Of a stretch of DNA of 16,316 bases, positions 15,818-16,316 are shown one piece after another (the stretch's first letter is position 1; every line of letters begins with the position of its first letter). This stretch comes from Candidatus Hydrogenedentota bacterium. Its GTDB lineage: Bacteria > Hydrogenedentota > Hydrogenedentia > Hydrogenedentales > SLHB01. Location: positions 1-16,316 of the forward strand of contig JAWXCN010000246.1 in NCBI GenBank assembly GCA_034408725.1, in the 5' to 3' direction. The position numbers and the translations under genes are program-made. The notes under the pieces are model-generated. The model did no database searches. It worked only from the letters and a program-made list of their open reading frames with translations, and was not told the DNA's origin.

Positions 15818-16315
15818 CCATCCGGCGAATTTCCAATGGCCGCGAACTGTCTCGGCTTTCAAAGCCTCGCGCAGGGCTTCCAGGAATTTGGTGCGGGGAA
15901 TTTGCCGCGCGCCGAGGCTTTCCAAATGGTCGTTGTGCAGTTGGCAGTCGATGAATGGGAAATTCCAGTGCGTGGCCTGCCGAACGAGCGCGGCCGTGGC
16001 GACTTTGCTCGCGTTTGGCACGAGCGAAAACATGGATTCGCCGTAGAAACACGCGCCCAGCGAAACGCCGTAGAGACCGCCCACAAGTTCGCCGTCTTTC
16101 CACGTTTCGACGGAATGCGCGTACCCTTCATCGTGCAACCGACAGTAGGCGTCGCGCATGTCATCGGTGATCCATGTTGCGGTGCGTTTTGCGCCGCGCG
16201 CTTCGCCGCACGCGGTTATGACGCGGTCGAATGCGGTGTCCATGCGCACGTCGAACACCCCCTGCTTGATTGTGCGCTCGAGCCGACGCGCAAGATGAAA
16301 TTCGTTCGGATACAG
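15785..16315 (-). CDS. aat: Leucyl/phenylalanyl-tRNA--protein transferase (5'-truncated)
   Basis: TWIT, AY.RLH..GYAHSVETW, LVGGLYGVSLG.CFYGESMFS...NASKVA and IDCQ...HLESLGA. The frame stays open to the window end. Confidence 0.97.
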   Translation of the reverse strand: MYPNEFHLARRLERTIKQGVFDVRMDTAFDRVITACGEARGAKRTATWITDDMRDAYCRLHDEGYAHSVETWKDGELVGGLYGVSLGACFYGESMFSLVPNASKVATAALVRQATHWNFPFIDCQLHNDHLESLGARQIPRTKFLEALREALKAETVRGHWKFAGWEGGFSNPPFS

Positions 16316-16316
16316 C

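Overview
GC-rich bacterial chromosomal window. The gene style (lipoproteins, Planctomycete-type cytochrome c/HEAT protein, paired secreted hydrolases) suggests Hydrogenedentes or PVC-like bacteria, but that is only an impression. The housekeeping core is mutL-miaA, B12-dependent metH and a 5'-truncated aat. Accessory genes: a 5'-truncated HEAT-repeat/CxxCH/F5-8C protein; a lower-GC islet with two apparently orphan antitoxin-type genes (YgiT zinc finger, DUF2283) flanking a perfect 30-bp inverted repeat; a secreted alpha/alpha-barrel-like protein; a secreted alpha/beta hydrolase; two tandem paralogous Cys-rich acidic lipoproteins; a low-GC secreted hypothetical; and a small, possibly Sm-fold lipoprotein. 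Each tandem lipoprotein has its own terminator, and the two share a leader hairpin. A second REP-like inverted dimer encodes the C-terminus of Aat. No CRISPR array, tRNA, rRNA or transposase was seen. All family assignments come from motif recognition, not from database searches.
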